Source of the DNA: Silvanigrellaceae bacterium
GTDB taxonomy: Bacteria > Bdellovibrionota_B > Oligoflexia > Silvanigrellales > Silvanigrellaceae
Direction: 5' to 3'
Length of the DNA: 30,054 nt
Assembly (NCBI GenBank): GCA_049423385.1
Contig: JBMSQQ010000042.1
Span: 1-30,054 of the forward strand
The translations under genes and the position numbers were made by a program. Under the pieces are notes generated by a model. The model worked only from the letters and a program-made list of their open reading frames with translations, was not told the origin of the DNA and did no database searches. Below are positions 26,390 to 30,054 of this stretch, piece after piece (the first letter of the stretch is position 1; every line of letters starts with the position of its first letter).

Positions 26390-27193
26390 ATGAGTCGGAA
26401 TGTTGAATTCTTGGTTCAGGAACCGGGTGTTGGCATCATTGAAATATCTCGTCCTGAAGCACTCAATGCTTTGAATGCCGATGTTCTTGCACAACTTGGT
26501 CAAGCAGTCGATTTGGCGCGCAAGCAAGATGATTTGTCGGCAGTCATTCTGCGCACCGCTGGTGAAAAGGCTTTCGTGGCAGGGGCAGACATCAAGGAAA
26601 TGATCAATCTGAATCCGCAACAGGCAAAAGACTTCTCCAAGTTTGGACAAAATGTATTTTCATCCCTGAGCGAACTGCCGCAGGTCGTGATTGCCCAGGT
26701 TCAAGGCTTCGCCTTGGGCGGGGGCCTGGAGTGTGCGCTTGCAGCCGATTTGATCATTGCCTCTCGAGTGGCAAAATTTGGCCTCCCAGAAGTTGGATTG
26801 GGACTCATTCCAGGTTTCGGTGGAACCCAGAGACTTGTCCAACGGCTGGGATATGCGCGTGCACTGGAGTGGATGACTTCTGCCGACAAGTACACGGCCG
26901 ATGCGGCGTTTGCACTTGGACTTCTCAACCGAGTCGTCAACCCGGAAGAGCTCGCACCCGCGGTTCAATCTCTTGCAAGAATGATTGCCGCCCAAGGACC
27001 TATGGCAGTGCGTGCAGCAAAAGCGTGTGCGCGCGTGGCGGCAAAAAATGGAGGCGATTCTGGTTTTGAATTTGAGGCACAACACTTTGGTGAGCGATTC
27101 TCCACTGACGAATCGCGCGAGGGGCTGGCAGCTTTTGTGGAAAAGCGAAGGCCGAACTTCAGAAAAGCGCCAACCGAAAGCTCGGGACATTGA
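26390..27193 (+). CDS. Enoyl-CoA hydratase / crotonase
   Basis: RPEALNALN, AFVAGADIKE, GFALGGGLE and GLPEVGLGLIPGFGGTQRL (both catalytic Glu), AFVEKRRPNF; GGAG 8 nt before ATG 26390. Confidence 0.95.
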   Translation: MSRNVEFLVQEPGVGIIEISRPEALNALNADVLAQLGQAVDLARKQDDLSAVILRTAGEKAFVAGADIKEMINLNPQQAKDFSKFGQNVFSSLSELPQVVIAQVQGFALGGGLECALAADLIIASRVAKFGLPEVGLGLIPGFGGTQRLVQRLGYARALEWMTSADKYTADAAFALGLLNRVVNPEELAPAVQSLARMIAAQGPMAVRAAKACARVAAKNGGDSGFEFEAQHFGERFSTDESREGLAAFVEKRRPNFRKAPTESSGH

Positions 27194-27234
27194 GCATGAT
27201 TCCACTCTTTGGACGCGCTGGAGCGATATCCTCC

Positions 27235-27537
27235 ATGGTCAAGGTTGAGCTGAGAAAAAAGTCAGGCGAATTTCTGAAGCTGATTGAGGTTCGACGTGGA
27301 GTCAACCTTTGGGTGGCTCTGCGCCGTTTTGGAGTTCCAGTGGGAGCATCCTGTTCCGGTGTTGGTGTCTGTGGCAAATGTGCGGTCAGGTTGGTTTCCG
27401 ACGATGAAAAATCACTCACGGAAAAATCCGAATTCGAGAGCCAAACAATCGACAAGCAAGGACTTCAGTCGGACCTGCGGTTGTCTTGTTTGTGTCGCGT
27501 CAATCAGGATGTGATTGTTTCGGCAGATTACTGGTGA
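27235..27537 (+). CDS. 2Fe-2S ferredoxin
   Basis: CSGVGVCGKC ... RLSC; GGAG before ATG 27235. Confidence 0.9.
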   Translation: MVKVELRKKSGEFLKLIEVRRGVNLWVALRRFGVPVGASCSGVGVCGKCAVRLVSDDEKSLTEKSEFESQTIDKQGLQSDLRLSCLCRVNQDVIVSADYW

Positions 27538-27552
27538 AGTGCAGGGCTGCGA

Positions 27553-28026
27553 TTACATCGCTTTCGTGTAATTTCCAGAACCGCCGGCGGTCGGTTTGGG
27601 CATATTTGAGACCAACTTCTTGAATTCGTGAAACACTTGGCTTTCTGTTGGCGAGAGTTGCCGCCGACGAAGATCTCTATGCAGCATCAAGTGAAGCACT
27701 TCCAGTCCACGTTTCACAACGTAGAGGATGTTTGGCTGGTGCGACTTGTGTGTTTCAATATATTCCTTCGTGTACACTGCCACCAACCATTGTCCGACAT
27801 CAACAATTGCTGTCCTGTAGTCATTTTGTTCTTCTTGTTTTTGTGCACTGACCGCGTTGCCGAGAAGGCCCGAAATCGTTTCAAAATCGCGGTCTGCCTG
27901 AAGGACAAGCGGCTCATCCTGCTTGGGCTGGCCAAATAGTTTGAGCGCAAGCGAGATCCTTTCACTCGAATTGCGATAAATCTCTTTGATGGTTTTCTTT
28001 TTGTCCGATGTCCCGCTTGCCGACAC
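27553..28026 (-). CDS. Hypothetical helical protein, likely co-transcribed with bactofilin
   Basis: GAGGT RBS before the GTG; 18 bp after the bactofilin stop. Confidence 0.7.
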   Translation of the reverse strand: MSASGTSDKKKTIKEIYRNSSERISLALKLFGQPKQDEPLVLQADRDFETISGLLGNAVSAQKQEEQNDYRTAIVDVGQWLVAVYTKEYIETHKSHQPNILYVVKRGLEVLHLMLHRDLRRRQLSPTESQVFHEFKKLVSNMPKPTAGGSGNYTKAM

Positions 28027-28044
28027 GTTTACCTCACATCACCA

Positions 28045-28527
28045 TCAGACAGCCAATTGGACAGGGGAGACTTCCTCTTCCTCGACCTGTGTTTCTTCTT
28101 GATTGCCGTTTGAGGAATTGTCCTCATTTGTGACTTCTTGAGCTGTCAGATACGAGACGCGTCCTTCGATTCGCGCGCCATCTTCGACAATCAGGCGTTT
28201 TGCAGCGAGATCACCATAGACCCGCGCGGTTGGACTCAGCCTCAAAAGATCCGAGGCCTTCAAGTTGCCGTCAATACGGCCATTGAAAAGAACGACCACT
28301 CCGTTGAGGTCACCCGTAATCACGGCCGATTCCTCCACCGTCAGGACTCCGTCGCAAACGACTGAACCATCCACGTGACCACCGACGCGCGATTCCCCCT
28401 GGAGAAACATTTTTCCCTGGAAGCTGCATCCGTCTGCAAGCATAGAAATACCACGGGACCTCATTTTCGTCGTGGGTTCTGGCGAGCGGATGTTCGAGTT
28501 TTCAGACTGTGGCTTCTTTGAAAACAC
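28045..28527 (-). CDS. Bactofilin (polymer-forming cytoskeletal protein)
   Basis: Beta-solenoid pattern GCSFQGKM...VGGHVDGSV...GRIDGNL...ARVYGDL...LIVEDGARIEG. Start re-placed at GTG 28527 (MFSKK, AGGAG 6 nt upstream), the typical bactofilin N-terminus. Confidence 0.9.
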   Translation of the reverse strand: MFSKKPQSENSNIRSPEPTTKMRSRGISMLADGCSFQGKMFLQGESRVGGHVDGSVVCDGVLTVEESAVITGDLNGVVVLFNGRIDGNLKASDLLRLSPTARVYGDLAAKRLIVEDGARIEGRVSYLTAQEVTNEDNSSNGNQEETQVEEEEVSPVQLAV

Positions 28528-28614
28528 GCCTGGCTCCTGCAAGATAGAAATCAAATCTTCGGGTACCTTCAATTACGAGCCTACCCGTGTTCGCCTTGCT
28601 GGAAGGGGAAAGAA

Positions 28615-29346
28615 GTGTCGCAAGACAATCCTGTGACGCCGGCCGTCATGGCATCGACATCTCCACATTCGGTCGCATGGAGCGATCGCCTGCACGCGTT
28701 GACGGGCATTTCGCTTTTGCGAAAGCGGACAATAGAGCGACTTTACGGTGCATCCCGCAGGCTTGCCGACAGGTGCAAATGCCCAACCGACTCGCGCTTT
28801 GAGGCACCAAGCGAGGAGCCAAAGCTTTGGTGTCTTGTGGCGTCACACGTCGAGGCTGGCAGGACAACTTCGGACACAAATTGTTCATTGATGCGAACTG
28901 GCTGGTTGGTGTGGCAGCCCCAGGATCTCGGATTTGCCTGGTGCGAAATTCTCGAGGTTGACAATATCCACTGGCTCTTTTCACAGGGTGTTGCGGCAGC
29001 AAATCCGTTGTGCAGATCTTGGGTGGAATGGGAGTCCCTGGGAAGGGGTGCAGTCGGCTTTCGGGTGAAAACCCTCGTTCAAGGTTCCGAGGAAAAGACA
29101 ATCCAGCAATTCCGCGCTGACCTCGTGCAGGAGATTCTCCGAAGGAATCCGAGCTTTTCCCACGTCAACTTGACCATCTCCGGAGAATCGCACCTCTCGG
29201 ATGATACGGGCTTCGAGGATTCATTCGCTGCCGTAGGATTGACGGCCGACAGGCTGAGGACACGCATGATCCCCGGCTGGCAGTGTGGTGACATGGCCAT
29301 TCGCAGTTTTACCGCATACACTATGACACGAAAGGACACCCGCTGA
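28615..29346 (+). CDS. Hypothetical protein, weak resemblance to a degenerate GNAT (RimJ/RimL-like) fold
   Basis: Longest ORF in the interval; purine-rich RBS before the GTG. Fold call is tentative. Confidence 0.5.
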   Translation: MSQDNPVTPAVMASTSPHSVAWSDRLHALTGISLLRKRTIERLYGASRRLADRCKCPTDSRFEAPSEEPKLWCLVASHVEAGRTTSDTNCSLMRTGWLVWQPQDLGFAWCEILEVDNIHWLFSQGVAAANPLCRSWVEWESLGRGAVGFRVKTLVQGSEEKTIQQFRADLVQEILRRNPSFSHVNLTISGESHLSDDTGFEDSFAAVGLTADRLRTRMIPGWQCGDMAIRSFTAYTMTRKDTR

Positions 29347-29385
29347 TGGTCTCCAGGACCGGCGAACGGGTGAGTGTGCAGGTGA

Positions 29386-30054
29386 ATGGCGCTGATTGAA
29401 CAATCATCAACTTCCAGAAAGCAAATCAAGGTCAGAGTCCTGACCAGTTTGGCGTGCGTTGTTGCCGGGCTTTTTTTTCAGGCATTTGAGAAAGATCCCA
29501 AGACTTCCGTCAAGGAGAGCTCGTCGGCCGTTTCGAGCGGCAGGCCAAGCAACGAAAATGAAACTTCAGTCGATCCAAACAGCGAAAATGCATCGCAGAA
29601 AATTGGCGGGACTTTCCAGAATCAAGGTTACCGGGATCCTCGCGAGGAACTAACAAACGAGCGGCATGCGTTCAAGACTCCTTTCGGTCAGGTCATTTGG
29701 AAAGACATCGAAAAGAGGCTGACGGTAAAGGACCGATCTGTTTATGCAGATTACAAAGGCTATAAGCTGAAATTGACGATCCAGCCTGAACTCCAGGCGG
29801 CAATTGAAAAGACTCTCTCAAGCCAGCGCAATATTGCTGGTGCTGTTGTCATTCTTGAAACCCGCACAGGGCGCATTCTGGCGATGGCAGAAGCGCGCGG
29901 TGACTCACGCAGTCCATTGGTCACAGACGAATCCATCCTGGTCGCTGCCAGGGCCCCGGCCGCAAGTCTTATGAAAATTGTAACTGCCACTGCAGCAATT
30001 GAAAAAAATGTATTTTCAAAATACAAACACCATCTTATTATTTTAGACAATGCT
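29386..30054 (+). CDS. Penicillin-binding protein (transpeptidase domain), truncated by the window end
   Basis: Not in the ORF track because it has no stop. Manual translation: MALIEQSSTSRKQIKVRVLTSLACVVAGLFF...LKLTIQPELQ...GAVVILETRTGRILAMA...PAASLMKIVTATAAIE; SxxK at 29965-29976. Confidence 0.88.
   Translation, partial: MALIEQSSTSRKQIKVRVLTSLACVVAGLFFQAFEKDPKTSVKESSSAVSSGRPSNENETSVDPNSENASQKIGGTFQNQGYRDPREELTNERHAFKTPFGQVIWKDIEKRLTVKDRSVYADYKGYKLKLTIQPELQAAIEKTLSSQRNIAGAVVILETRTGRILAMAEARGDSRSPLVTDESILVAARAPAASLMKIVTATAAIEKNVFSKYKHHLIILDNA

Noticed and set aside
28528..28572. TTG start for bactofilin given by the ORF track
   Set aside because: GTG 28527 has an AGGAG RBS and yields the typical MFSKK N-terminus; the TTG lies only 5 nt from a candidate -10.
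29760..30050. 96-aa minus-strand ORF
   Set aside because: Antisense to the PBP frame that carries SxxK.
1..30054. CRISPR array, IS/transposase, integrase, prophage, tRNA/rRNA, defence island
   Set aside because: No repeat-spacer periodicity, recombinase motifs, cloverleaf patterns or extended compositional island seen by eye.

Overview
A gene-dense, moderately GC-rich (roughly 50-55%) bacterial chromosomal segment made mostly of housekeeping genes. I found no mobile element, CRISPR array, prophage, tRNA or rRNA. Gene content (NtrY/NtrX-like pair with a near-intact GAFTGA loop, mitochondrial-like acyl-CoA dehydrogenases, Slt70-like transglycosylase, bactofilin) suggests a Bdellovibrionota/deltaproteobacterial-type organism; this is inference only. 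In order: NAGPA-family exported protein, RluA-family pseudouridine synthase, NADP-type icd, a convergent NAD-signature isocitrate dehydrogenase followed in-frame by a stand-alone IDH C-terminal-domain gene, YkgJ-type Cys-cluster protein, thioesterase, NtrY/NtrX-like two-component system, flippase-like membrane protein, RNase P RNA, metK, TPR protein, DsbA-family protein, TatB-like protein, lytic transglycosylase, class II DnaJ, divergent acyl-CoA dehydrogenases, ribH, nusB, several orphans, enoyl-CoA hydratase, 2Fe-2S ferredoxin, bactofilin, and a penicillin-binding protein cut by the window end (absent from the ORF track). The best candidate for something undescribed is the split Thermus/Rickettsia-type IDH facing a second IDH of opposite cofactor signature. 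Also notable: tandem sigma-28-like promoters before an orphan gene, a sigma-54-like promoter before an acyl-CoA dehydrogenase, an NtrC-like palindrome before the split IDH, and a possible degenerate macrodomain after nusB. All family calls come from motif recognition by eye, not database searches.
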